DNA from: Raillietiella orientalis
Lineage: Eukaryota
Assembly: GCA_036172245.1 (NCBI GenBank)
Contig: JAYWIR010000037.1
Location: forward strand, 2,046,001-2,110,000
Direction of reading: 5' to 3'
Length of the DNA: 64,000 nucleotides
Every line of letters starts with the position of its first letter. Position 1 is the stretch's first letter. The position numbers were made by a program, and so were the translations under genes. Below are positions 52,504 through 64,000 of the stretch, piece by piece. The notes under the pieces were generated by a model. It searched no databases. It saw nothing but the letters and a program-made list of their open reading frames with translations, and was not told where the DNA came from.

Positions 52504-55500
52504 AAGTTTTTCCTGTCTCGCTCCCCCCTTACTGAACCCAAAATGGATTCCCGTTCCGGCGTGCATTCTTCCCTCCCCTTCCTCCTCCCCCTCTCCGCGT
52601 ATGAGCGGCGGAGAAGAACCGTTTTTTTTTTTTTTTAAAAGAAAGCAAAAGTTCGGAGGGCTCCAGGAAGCAGCAACGCCTCCTTGGTCAGGGGAAACGA
52701 GCGACCTGGCTGCAGATCTACTCCTCCCCGTGCAGCATACGTCAAGGACAGTCCATCCGTACCGCTTGCGGAAAGCAAAGTCCCGAAACCAGGAACCACG
52801 GGCGTTGGCGCCGGCTGCGTCCTCGAAGCGAGAGCTGTGCGGTTCTGCGGAGCGACTCCAGGAGCCACCTGTGAGCCTTAAAAAAAAGCAGAGGTGTGAC
52901 TTCAGAAGTTGGCGCGCCGGCTGGTCGCTAGCCCGGCTGCACTGGGGCTCCCTGCGTGTGCCACCCGCTGCTCTCCCTCTCCTCCACTTTTCCTCCCTTC
53001 CTCCTCCCTTCCTCCTCCTCTTCCTCTCAAGTGTCTTCTGACCCCCGAAGTCTCAGCGGGAGAGATTCGACAGCTCTGGCAACCTTTGGTAACTTTCTGA
53101 ACAGCTCTTCTTGCTGATTTCTTCCTTCGCGTTACCCCATTTTTTTTTTTTTTTTTTTTGGCTTTTTTTGCGATGGCGAAGATTTTTTATTCTTTTCGCG
53201 CTCTCCTTCTCTCTTCCTTCCTTGTTGTTTTTTTTTTTTTTTTTTTCGTTTGTGTCGCGAGGAAAGGTCGTCGCGGGCATTGCCAGCTTTTTTTTCTTTC
53301 TGGGAGGATGCAGAGCGGAACCACTGAAGCCTCCGGCGTGCCGGAGATTCCAAGAGCGCAGCCCGTTTTGCGCCCCGCCCGTTCCTGAAGTGCTGTTGCC
53401 AAGTACCCTTCTTCCCCTTAGATCTTCCTCTCCCGTGGTCGGTGGCGGCTCGTGCACCTCTAAGAGCCCTTTCCATCAACCCCTCTCTTCCGATCCTGAG
53501 CACGCAGGGCAGGGTGGGATCACGGCCAGGAGGGGGGAAGCGTTGCTCCGGCGACCCTGGAACATCGCTCTCGCTTGTTACGTTTGGAGGAAGCCGCGTT
53601 CCCGCCTTCCTATAACGGCGCAACCTCCTCCCTCTCTCTTTCCCCCTGCTCCCTGACCCCCCCCCCCCTTCCCTTGGGAACTCATTCTGGAACGGAGTAG
53701 GAGGACGGAGTGTGGTCGGTGCTCCTCCTCCAGCCGGAGGATGGCGCGCTTGCGAGCCGCCGCCTGCGAGCTGCGATCCTCCCCGCTCCCCCCATCTTTG
53801 TCCTCCCGTCCCGCGGTCGTGAGGCCGCGGGAAGGCAGCGGCGAGCGGGTGGGCAGGCGGAGGAGGGGGAGGCGGTTCTCTTGCAAGTAGGGCAAGGCGC
53901 GCACGCTCCTCCGCAGCCATTTCTGCTCCCCCTCCCTCCTCCTCCTCCTCTGCCGCCGCCGAGGATCCGCCCCGCACCTCCTTCCTGAAACAGAGCAGGA
54001 GAGGGAGTAGGGGGCGTCCAGCGGGTGGCCAGAGTGAGTTTCCCGAGTCACCCGTGAAGGGAAAAAGGGTGGACGTGCGGGATGAAGATGGGCAGTCTCG
54101 GGTGAGGATGAAGGAGCTGCTTCTTCCGCTCGCCGGATCCCCTGCAGGTCCACGATTCACCCTCCCCACACACTCACACACTTCTTTTTTCCCCTTCTCC
54201 GTTCTTATTGACGGAGAATTCTTTTTCTCCCTTTCCTGGTCCCCCTTTTTCCCTTCCCCTTCCCGTCTTCGCCGCCGTCGCAGCCCAGATTTCCGAAACG
54301 GTGGCAGTCGTTCTTTCAGCCTCCGGGTCATGGACCCCTAGCGGTACTCTCTTCGCTTACCAGCGCGATCGGAAAGGCCACTCGGTGATCGGCATGCCGC
54401 CGTCGCCAGCTCTCCCACTGTGATTGAGCAACTGCTCCAGAGAGGGCAGCACTACGGATCGAGCTCCTCCGCCTGTTTGGAATGTCGCTGCTGTCTGCAG
54501 ACCATCTCTGACTGACGTGTTTCGGGGGTGCGATGGCCTTTAACGGGGAGGCAGGGGGAGATAGAAGGGAGCAGGAGGGAGAGGTGGCAGAATTTTCAGA
54601 ACCTTCCCTTGGCTTCCTGCGCCCGCGCGCTCGACGCCCGGTCGTCCTCAGCCTACCTCTGTCTCTCTCTCGCTCTCCCCGAAACCCGGGTGAGAGAAGG
54701 GGGCGCGCAATGGGGAAGGGGAATCCGCTCGGAAAGCGGGTCACGTTGCCACGGAGAAAAGAAGTAGTAGAGAGTCAATGGAGCCACCTCCTCGCAGGCG
54801 CCTCGCATCTTTCGGCTCGCCGCATCTCTGAGGCTCATCGTCGCCTCTCCCACTCGCTCCTGGGCGGCTGCACGTTGGAAGGAGGGGAGTAGGGGAGGAG
54901 GAAAGCAGATCTCCGGGAATCTGGCAGCTCCTCTTCCTCCCCGGGGAAAAGGCGCGACCTCACGCAAGGGGGGTTTCCTCCCTCCATCCCGCCCCTCCCT
55001 GAAGACGTGAGCACCGTGAGGCCACACGTCGCCAGGCAGCACGAATCACGGTCGCCGCTAGGTCGGGGAAGGAAAACAGAGGTCTATCTCGGCTCCCCCG
55101 TCCCTCTTCCCGCCCCCTCCGCAACACTTGTTCTCCCATCGGGACAGTCCTCCTCTGCTTCCCTCCTCCAGCGTCGCCGTGGACCAGCTGCTCTCCTTTG
55201 TGCGAAGGAGGCTCGCTGCGGATGTCCCCCCCCCCCTTCCCCGCCGGGCTCAAATCCCGGGCTCTTTCTCCGCCCACCCACCCACCCCCTCCTCGGCGGC
55301 AGCGACTGGGATGTCCGGGTCCGGCCCAAGAAAGGAAGAAAGGAAAAGAGCAAAAAAAGAGGAGGAGGAGGGCGTCGCGTCGCCTTCGGTGCCCCGGGCG
55401 CGCGCGGTTCCCGTTCGGGCGCGCGCGTGCGCGTCTCCTTGGCCGCCGCCGGCGCCGCGAGGCGATCCGGCCGGCCGGCCGACCGGGCGGGAGGGCGGGA

Positions 55501-55506
55501 GGCGCC

Positions 55507-55514
55507 TATAAAAG
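55507..55514 (+). promoter_or_regulatory. TATA box of a Pol II promoter, with upstream BRE-like element and GC boxes
   Basis: TATAAAAG directly preceded by AGGCGCC (6/7 match to BREu SSRCGCC) and GGGCGGGA boxes, in the most GC-rich part of the window, ~1.3 kb upstream of a spliced coding exon. Confidence 0.75.
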
Positions 55515-55539
55515 GGCCGCCGGCGGGCGCGGACGCGGC

Positions 55540-55610
55540 CGTCGCAAGTGGCAGAGACTGTCAGGCACCCTCCGCCTCCACACCTCCAGTGGCTCACCGG
55601 GAACAGCCAG
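55540..55610 (+). other. Probable non-coding first exon (5' UTR)
   Basis: Begins ~30 nt after the TATA box (start approximate) and ends at donor-like CAG|GTCGGT (GT at 55611); would splice to the acceptor at 56839. Confidence 0.55.
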
Positions 55611-56844
55611 GTCGGTGCCACCCTTTCTCTTTTCTCCTCCACCCCCCACCCCACCCCGCCCCGGGCGTACCCGGGTGGTAACCCCCACCCCACGCACCAC
55701 CACCCCTTGCGCACGCCCGCTTCCCTCCCGGCGCCCCCTCCCCGGAGAGCCGCCGACTCCTGCGCTCCACCCCCCTGCCCGGGGTGTTGGCAGGCTGCTG
55801 GGTACATAGGCGGCACCTCCTCCCTTCGTGTGGGAAGGAAAAAATGGTGGGAGAAGGGGAAGGACGCGCTCGCGCGCTTCTCTTTTCCTCCTCTTCCTCC
55901 CCCGTCCTCTTCCGTTCGCGCGCAGCCGGATGCAGGTGCACGGGCCACCGGCCGACCGGAAAAGCCTTCGGAGGTGCACGTAGGGCAACGGGAAGAAGGA
56001 AGAGAAAAAGAAGGGGGGGGGGGATAGGCAAAGGAGTCGTTGCTCGACGACCACCTCTCGCCCCGCGAGCGGGAGGGCTCGTAGGATGCCTCGAGGGCTT
56101 CCTGAACGCGGACTCGCGCTCTCGCTCGCGGCAGTGTGGGTCAGCGCCTGACCTCGATACGATATTCAACGATGCGCCTTGCCCTCCTCTCCTTCGCCCC
56201 CCCTCCCCTCCCCAGGCGCGCGCGCCCCGCGAAGGCTCCGCGAGCGCCCGATGAAGAGCGGCGGCCCTCTCGGCTCTGGTTCCTCCTGCTCCCGGAGGCT
56301 GGACCGCCGCGGAAACGAGGAAACCTGCGATCAGGGAGGGTTGGACGGAAGGAGGGCCGGCAGACCCCGGGCCCCTCGGCCTTGAGGGGCCGCCTCCGCA
56401 GTCAAGAAAAGCGGACCCTCGCCGTCCACTGGTGCTCACTGTTCCCGTGCTCGTGGAGATGCTCCCCCATTCCAGGAAGGAGGAAGTGGGGAAACCGCGA
56501 GGGGACCAGGGGCTTCTCTCCCTCACGCTCCCTACCCCCTTCCCCGGTCGCCTGGCGAGGTGCGGTCCTGTGACCCCCGCGGAGACGAGGAAATTCCGTG
56601 GGGGGTCGTCTCTTTGTGGCCACAGTGGTTGAAGAGGACTACTCCCGGGGGCACCATTCCCTTCACCGCCGGCGCACGTCGACGGGGACGGGGCGGAAGA
56701 GGGAAAGAGGAGGAGGAGAGGGCGGAAGGGGGAGAGCAGTCCCGCTTGCCGTTCCCGCATGCCCCTTTCCGGCTCTCAGGAGCCCCTTCTCCACTCCCCG
56801 GCAGAGCCGTTCCTTGACCCTCCCCCTCCTGCCTTCCAGGAACC

Positions 56845-57132
56845 ATGAAACCCCAAGTCGCCTCCTACATATTCCTCTCCCTGATCGGGAGCACCCTGGT
56901 GCTGCCCGCTCTGTCCGTCCCGAGCGCCGCCGAGGAGGGCCGGAAGTTCGTGGTCAAGCCGAACGACCTCAAGAAGCAGAGTTACAACAGCGTCAAGGAG
57001 TCCCCGGACGGCGGGGTCACCCCCTCGGGCAACGGGTTCTCCTGGTTAAAGGTCATCGCGACGAGCATGCAGATCATCCTGCAGGCACTGCAGCCCAACT
57101 CCATCGAGAGATCGGACAGCATCGCGTCCCAG
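56845..57132 (+). CDS. First coding exon (96 aa, phase 0) of an uncharacterised secreted protein; remaining exons not identified
   Basis: Branch point and pyrimidine tract TTGACCCTCCCCCTCCTGCCTTCCAG|GAACCATG (exon starts 56840, ACCATG context); hydrophobic signal peptide MKPQVASYIFLSLIGSTLVLPALS; strongly G/C third positions; donor CAG|GTGAGG at 57132/57133. Confidence 0.85.
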
Positions 57133-58029
57133 GTGAGGGAGGAAGCCGTTCGTCGGGAGGCGCAGCCGCCGGGCGGCCGGGCTGGGTTCTCGGGCTGCTC
57201 CCCGGAGCGAGTCACCCTTCTCCCCCCCTCCCTGCTCGGGCGGCCCCAGGGAACGGGATCCAGCGCGGTATTTCCGGCCCACCGAGAGCCGGGAGACCTC
57301 CTGTCGCTCGGATGCGGGGCTTGCCCTTAGCCCCTCCGCGTGCGCGCCCCGGACACGCGCGCCGCGGCCGGCTGGTGCTTCCGACGCGATCCCGAAGGAG
57401 AGAAGGCTGGTGGAGGGAAAGGGCAGGAGCCTGAACGGAGGTACCGACCTCTCGAGATGCCCCATGGCGGTTTTCCCGGGGCTTCATGGAGCTTCTGCGA
57501 GGACAGGAGGAGAGAGGGAGGACGCCTTCCTGCTCGCGGAGGAGGGACCCCTGTTCAGGAGCGCGAATCCAGAATTCCCAGAATTCTCGCGCGCTCGCTC
57601 CCGGACTCAAATTCTTTCGCGCTTTCCGGGTCTGACGGAGTGCCCTCAACGTCCCGATTTTTTGTCCGTAGCAGCGAGCGCGGGCGAGCGGATCATCGGG
57701 GGCGATCCCGTTGCTCGAGCTCGCCCAGGCAAGCGAAGGTCACGGGGTCACGGATCGGCGGCTGGCGCGCCGCCACACGCCCCACCGACTCTCTCCTGTT
57801 TCCGACTGAGTGCTGGCCGCCGGTCGCGGCCGTTGACCACCCGGACGGGACGCTTCCCCGCATGCGTTGGCAGCCAGCCGGTCGCGGTGGTCGCGCGCCA
57901 CCGGGGAAAAGCGGGTTTCCGCCCTACCTGCTGGCTCGGAAGTGGAGGTTCCGTCTCTCCCCGGAAGCGACGGCAGCATTCTCCTCCCCATCCCACGTGG
58001 AGACCTCCACTCCACTCCTCTGAGCACGT

Positions 58030-58032
<3 letters not shown>

Positions 58033-58072
<40 letters not shown>
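58033..58072. repeat. (TC)n microsatellite
   Basis: Direct reading. Confidence 0.95.
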
Positions 58073-58074
<2 letters not shown>

Positions 58075-60490
58075 GGGTTCACCCCTCCTCCTTTTCCCTG
58101 ACGCCAGTGGCGGTGACACAGAAAGCAGAAACGGGTGCACCAGCACTTCCGTGTGTGACGTTGACCTCCCTTCGGCTAAGGAGCGTATCGGTGCCTCCGG
58201 CTAAGCTCGCGGGGAGGAAGGCAACGGACCATCGTTGCGCTGCGTTCCACTTCCTCGAAGGAAGCGCACGCACCGCTGCTTCTGCTGCTGCCGCAACTCC
58301 TCCTCCTTGCCGCTGGCCTCCCTCTCGAGTTCACTCTCTCCCCGACAGGAAGACTCACTTCCACGGGCGGCGGCGGCGGCGGCGGCGGCGTGACCTCCCT
58401 CCGGAGGGAGCTCTTGTGAAGAAAAGACTCCCCAGTCTCCCCCACTTTGATCTCCCCATCGCACGGAGGGGGTCCTCCCTCGATCCACGGCGGCAGGAGG
58501 AGGTAGAGGGAAGAGTATCATGCGGCGGGGTCCCAAGAAGAATCTCTTGCCATCCCCCCACTTCCCCTCCGCTGCTGGAGAGACAGTTGCCACTCCTCGT
58601 GCAGTCAATGCCGTTGGCACGATCGCTTGCCGCGGGCAGTGGCCGTTCACTCGTGAACGCCCCACTCTCCACCCCACTCTACCCCGGAAGGCATCTGCGT
58701 TTGGAGTTCCCCCTGGGATCAGTGAGCGCACGAGCTGATGAACTGCTAGTTTGGCAGTCCTGACTCCGAAAGTCTTCGAAAGAGAAGACCCGCACGAATC
58801 TTCTCAATCACGCGCGAATCCTTCGGTGACCTTCCCGTAGCTTCCCGGCAGATAGAAAAGGAGACGGCTAGCCGGATGCGGCTCAGCTTTTGCCCTGAGC
58901 CCTCAGAGAGGTCCTAAAATCTCGAGGGAGTGTGTCCATGGCGTCGGCACGCGCCGTACGGGCATCTCTGCTTCCGAGTCCCCGCACTCCCCCTCAAGAC
59001 GACCTAGAGATGGCTCGGACTCCAGGCATTCATCAGCGGCAAAAGTTGTGGGTGGGCCTCCTAGGGGGTTCCCGTTCTAGTGCGTCCGCGGAACCCTACC
59101 AGCGCGCGTTCCGCCCAGCCGCAAAAGGGCCGGTTGGAGGGAATCGAGGAATTGCAACCGCAGCTGGGAAACCCGGAGGCGCGGCCGGGCGCCCTCGTCA
59201 CTTCACTGTTGTTTTTGTTCTTTGCCTTTGGGTTCGTTGCGTTCCTCCTTTCGTTCTTTCCAGAGGTTCTCCGAGAGGAGGGATCGCAAGCATCGCGAAC
59301 CAGGTCTTGGGCTTCGTTGCCTCAGGGCCATGCGTTTCGGATGCATGAAAAGCTCCCTCTGGAATCCGTGAAGGAGGTGGTTCCGTGTCGGAATCACCGG
59401 CAGTCAGCCGCGTTCCTCTCCTAGAGGTTTCGATTGACGGTTGCCATGGCTGCCGGAGGACTTTCGGCTGGAAGCTGTGAAAGCGCTTCGTCGAAAGGAA
59501 AGTTCACCAACGTAGGGGAGCCATCTTTCTTGGCTTTTGAATTAAGCTCCCAGAAAATCAGTTCCTCATCTTTTCACGACGAGAGATTCAAAAACCGCAA
59601 TCTCGCGTGAAGAAGAAGAAGAATTAATAGATCATCGATGAAAGGTAGTAACGTTGAAAGTGGTTTGATGGTAAGAGAGAGTTTTGGAAAAGAAATGAGG
59701 CACGAAACCGGCTGGAAGTTAAGAATTGAAAAAGCAATGTTCACTCGAGGAAAACCTTGGACAGCTCTCGGTGCAGAAGAACGCTCCTTTGTTCCGCAAG
59801 CAAACATCTCAAACATTCCCCAGAAAACCATACGAAAAGGAAACGGGAGTTTCAGTGCTCGCACCCAGAGTTTCTGGACTTTTAAGAAGCATCACATCCC
59901 AAGCGATACTCAGAGGAAGAACACACAGCACAGTCGCATTTCGGGACCACTTCGATTGTCCTTCGATGGCCTTAACTTTCAGTGCAGTTGATGGACATTT
60001 CAGATGCAAACAAAAAGGAAAGAAAAGACAGCGAATTGATGCCGATACGTGTTGTGTATGCGAGGGAGTGTACTTCCGTGTTCCTTTCTTTGATGCATCT
60101 GCTAAAACTGTTCACCGTTCCAGGCGCTTAGAGCTTTGACATGAATTGAATTCCGTTATAAAACTTCATGGTTTTCTTTCAGAGCAAACTGGCCGCACCG
60201 ATACTGTCGAATCTCTTGGGAAAAGAGAGTGCGTATGATGTCAATGTGCTGAATAAACAAGCAACTGAGGTATACGTGACTTTTCTTCGTCTTTCCTGTT
60301 TTACTCCTCACTGCCTTCGAAATACCTCTACGTTTCTTGTGTCCGCCACTGTACCTCTCCAATCAGAGCCTGCTCGCTTGCAAAGCGTTGCCTTGGAGGG
60401 CGAAACTTACTTGCATCCAAGCTGTCTTGACTGTGGCGTTTCCTCGCGGAAGCCCAACGGAGACGCAGCAAGATCTTTCACTGCAAAGCG

Positions 60491-60492
<2 letters not shown>

Positions 60493-60545
<53 letters not shown>
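60493..60545. repeat. (CT)n microsatellite
   Basis: Direct reading. Confidence 0.95.
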
Positions 60546-60547
<2 letters not shown>

Positions 60548-62111
60548 CCCCCCCCATTCTTCCTCCTCCGCCCGTAAAATGGAATGCCAATAACAGATGC
60601 ATGCTCACCACTGCAAGGGCAATCGGCAAACCTTCCAAGCCAGAAACCGTTCTCTTGTTGCTGGCTCTACATGCTTCAGGGGTGAAGGACGGAGAGCGAA
60701 CAGCAGCTGTTCTTGTTCGCTGCTTGGACGGTGCTTTCTCTGTTCTCACTTTGCTTGTGCTTTCCTATCAATTTTTTACTTGTTGCAGCTTCTCAAACGC
60801 AAAGGAAGGTCAAAAAAAATTGAAAAAAGATAGGGCTGAGAAAATGCATGCGATGTATTTTTTTTTTTTTTTTTCTGAAACCTTTTCACGTGTGTCCTGC
60901 TTAGAGAGATCCTGCTCACCTGTCTTTCCTAGCTCGTGAACCTCATCATCTCCCTCTTGGACACCTTGAAAACATCGTTCACGAAAAGGTCATTGCAAGC
61001 CAGATCGAACGGACTCCGGGATCCAGTGGCTGAAGCGTCGATAGCGTTCGTGAGCATCATGAAGGTGAGATAGCAGGATCATCTGCATTCGACGCATGGC
61101 TGTGTACTTCCTAGGGATATGCAAAGTCGTTGACCGTTGCCGAAGAAGCGTGCATACAGAAACACATGTGCAACGCCAACCGAGAATGCGCAGCCGAGTC
61201 CCAAGACACGGGTTACATTTTCTGCCAGATTGGAAGGTCAGATCTCACCCCAGCTCGCGTTCACCTCGTTCCTGCGTTTACTCCCAATAGTTATGGCACA
61301 TCCTGGATACTTGGGAAGCGGACCTCTTTACCGACCGAGAGCTTCTTGACCGCGTCGAGGAAAGGACGCGCTTTAGAAGATTGCGAACAGATCTATGAAC
61401 AGTGCAACGAAGTGTAGATGCAAGGTCCCCGACAGTGTCCCTCCACAAAGGGAATTTCGGAACTCCTTCCAGGCAAGCAACTTGGAAACTGTGAATACTC
61501 TGGGAGCGCCTTACCTGAGCTGGCCAAGCGTTGTTATGTTGCTCAAGAAGCGACTGCCTGAATGTTTCTAAATAAAAGATGTTTTTTTTTTTTTTCCGTT
61601 ACGTCACTCTCTCCTTGGAAAAGGAGGTGCCTCCCTCTTTCGGATAGTGAAAAAATTTGCATACCGTTCGAGAGGCAAACGATTCAGATGCACTATGCAT
61701 CCTCTTCTCATTAGATTTCCCAGCCCTGTGGACTCCCACAAATGGGCACGCCGCTGAGCATTTCTCCTTCTTTGAATCTGTCACCTTTCTAACACTTGGA
61801 GAAGCATTCCTCGGTATAGGCGAATCTTCAGATTGCTTCTCTGAGAATGCAGCGCAGTGCAACCCTTCAAGCAGCCGGAGGACGATCCAATTTCTTGAAT
61901 TGAAAGTGGGATGCTGCCGGTGCGCTGGCGGCGAATGCGCAGCTTTCAAGTATCTGACCGTCGACCCATCCACTGTCTTCCATGAGAACACCTATTGCGA
62001 GCTTGCAGGACCTAGCCAGTGACCAGCAAAGTTCGCTATCGGAGGATCACTCATCCGGAGTTTGTTCCACGGCATACGCTTCTTTGCATAAACTTTTAGT
62101 AAATGAAGTAT

Positions 62112-62412
62112 GTTTTCGGGATTTTGATCGTTGGATGAATAAATACATATGTATTCACAATTCGATATATAGGTATTCAATAATGTACATCTATTATATG
62201 CATGAATATATACTAATCTATATAAGGAAGATGCATTTATTATTTATAATCTTTAATATGTGTATTAATGATGCATATCATTGATTACATTTATAAATAC
62301 GTGTGTTAAAATAGATTTGTGTATTAATGTATCTATCCACATATAAATTAATATACATAATGAACATATGTATGCATTTTTTTTACGATCTATCGGGATT
62401 TTGATCGTCACG
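62112..62412. mobile_element. Related AT-rich MITE remnant
   Basis: TCGGGATTTTGATCGT twice in direct orientation, AATAAATACATATG, AT-rich core like 11.6-11.8 kb. Confidence 0.55.
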
Positions 62413-63199
62413 GAGATCTGTATGATCTCCGGTGTAGGATTTTTCATTTCTGGGCGGCAAGCGTGGAGACCCAAAAGGATCAGCAGCAAGGAGGGATCTT
62501 CATGGATGTTGAGAATTTTTCGGGAACTCCAATTTTAACTGAGTGTCCTTTGTGATGTTGTTATGAACAGGTTTTTCGCACCCCGTGAGCAGCCCTCAAG
62601 GGAATGCACAAAAAAGAAACTCCGGGGGCTACTCGTATTTTTTTTTCATCTCTAGCGTAAACCGCAGTAGAAAATTGGAAGTGGGTAAGGGCTGATTTGG
62701 CTTCAGGGAAAAAACATCCCGCTCAAGGAATCGCGCATCGTTTTGAAAGGTTTCGAAAATCTGCAAAGATCTTGCTGAATTGAAACTACCACTCTCTCCC
62801 ACAGTGAATTCCAAACAGCGGCCCACCTCAAAGACAGCAGAGAAGCGAAGCACCCGTACTGCAACGAACAGAGCTGCGCAGAGAAACTTCCGAGATTATA
62901 GCTGAGATTTTCTTTCAAAATTGCATCACAGTATATAAAGAAGCATCAACTGAATGGTTCTGCAGTATCTCTCCTTCTTGGACTAACAAAATGTTCAACC
63001 TTCATGAGCTCAATGGAAGACTCGTTTCCTCTTCCGCAATTGTTCCCTCGAGAAGATTAACAGTCATCTGGAGGATGTACTAGACGGTGCGTAGAGTAGA
63101 GTAGACATCCCTACTGTACCGGATACATGAGACCACCATCAGGTTGCTCATTGTATCCTCATACCGATTCGAATGCAATCCGAATGATTCCGGATGGGC

Positions 63200-63555
63200 G
63201 GCTACCATGGAAACCTTGAGGATGCACCGTGTCTGGACAGTGGTCTCATCCTCGGAAAGCGCCGCAAAGTTAGTCGTGATGACTGAGCTCTCAGGAGCTC
63301 GCCACTCTTTCACTTTCTGAGCCTTCAGAAGAGGAAGCAAGAGTGGCACCATCCACGAGGTCTCCAGCTTTCTCTCGTCTTCTCTCTCTAGTACACAGTT
63401 GCAGCGATCCAGCCGACCTTCACGCGATCCACTTCCACTCCAGCTCGAGGCAATGCACGGCAACCATCTGGAGCTTTGACATCGGTAGTTCCTCTGAACC
63501 ACCGCCATCCTCTGCTACCGAAGGAGCTGCGCAGCTTCCGAAAGGAAGGAGCATG
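63200..63555. repeat. Second copy of the 49.3 kb segment, flanked by a 12-bp duplication
   Basis: AATCCGAATGAT at 63177-63188 and 63556-63567. Confidence 0.9.
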
Positions 63556-64000
63556 AATCCGAATGATCCCATCGTTCTGAGAGTCGTATCACGATTTCTT
63601 TCTTTTTTTTTTTTTTTTTAATTTTATCTGCTTTAATAGAATTGAGTACGATACGGCTGAACAATTCAAAACAAAAAGGGCTTGCCGCACTCGAACGCCG
63701 CACATTTTCTTGAATGGATTCGCATTTACGGAGCAGGAAGCAACAAACATGATCGTGAGAAACCCACAAACATTTTGAGCAGCTCTGATGCATCACGTGC
63801 CAAATCTTCCTACATATATGATGTGAATCATATGTAGAAATCCATCAAGTAACCAGTTAAGCTTAATTTCACGATTATCACGATTTCTCGAAACGATAAA
63901 TACAGCAAGGCGGTCCCCTGATACTTCCTGTCTTCTTTCATCCTTGTGTGGCTGATTTCCTCTTTCTTGTTATCAAGCGGACAGAAGACTTCGAGGATAA

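Larger units (their letters stand above)
53300..59200. promoter_or_regulatory. GC/CpG-rich island surrounding the gene 5' end
   Basis: Clear rise in GC and CpG versus flanks, with many spurious overlapping ORFs and few recognisable TE pieces. Confidence 0.6.

Noticed and set aside
57133..57330. C-terminal 65 aa of ORF 56845-57330
   Set aside because: Lies after a strong donor, and the coding-like codon bias is lost; read as intron
51839..58763. Long ORFs of 200-400 aa (e.g. 51839-53041, 53132-54331, 55594-56760)
   Set aside because: Low-complexity R/G/P-rich translations overlapping in all frames and crossing SINE pieces and homopolymer runs; expected from high GC
58735..58790. CTGATGA followed by a short stem (hammerhead candidate)
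   Set aside because: GAAA does not follow stem II, and no stems I/III are evident
1..64000. CRISPR arrays, operons or other prokaryotic systems
   Set aside because: No regularly spaced repeats or dense ORFs; the sequence is eukaryotic, with introns, microsatellites, SINEs and LINEs

Overview
Eukaryotic (probably arthropod-like invertebrate) genomic DNA, mostly a graveyard of nested, degenerate transposable elements. The first ~53 kb has no intact gene. It holds: a foldback mariner-derived MITE family built from two 3' transposase ends (3 copies); a ~0.7 kb tRNA-headed SINE family (7 whole or partial copies); several Tx1/L1-like LINE pieces, four of which end in a shared 3' hairpin without poly(A); a NeSL/Utopia-like REL retrotransposon 3' end; an old APE-type LINE; tentative Gypsy, BEL/Pao and Academ-like relics; and AT-rich MITEs. 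The one convincing host gene starts in a GC-rich island at ~55.5 kb: TATA box, non-coding exon 1, and a 96-codon coding exon with a signal peptide. The most unusual structure is a pair of SINE copies (18.8-20.2 kb and 25.1-27.9 kb) interrupted at the same nucleotide by the same antisense LINE, with near-identity extending into the SINE head. All family calls come from motifs recognised by eye; no searches were run, and boundaries of degenerate elements are approximate.
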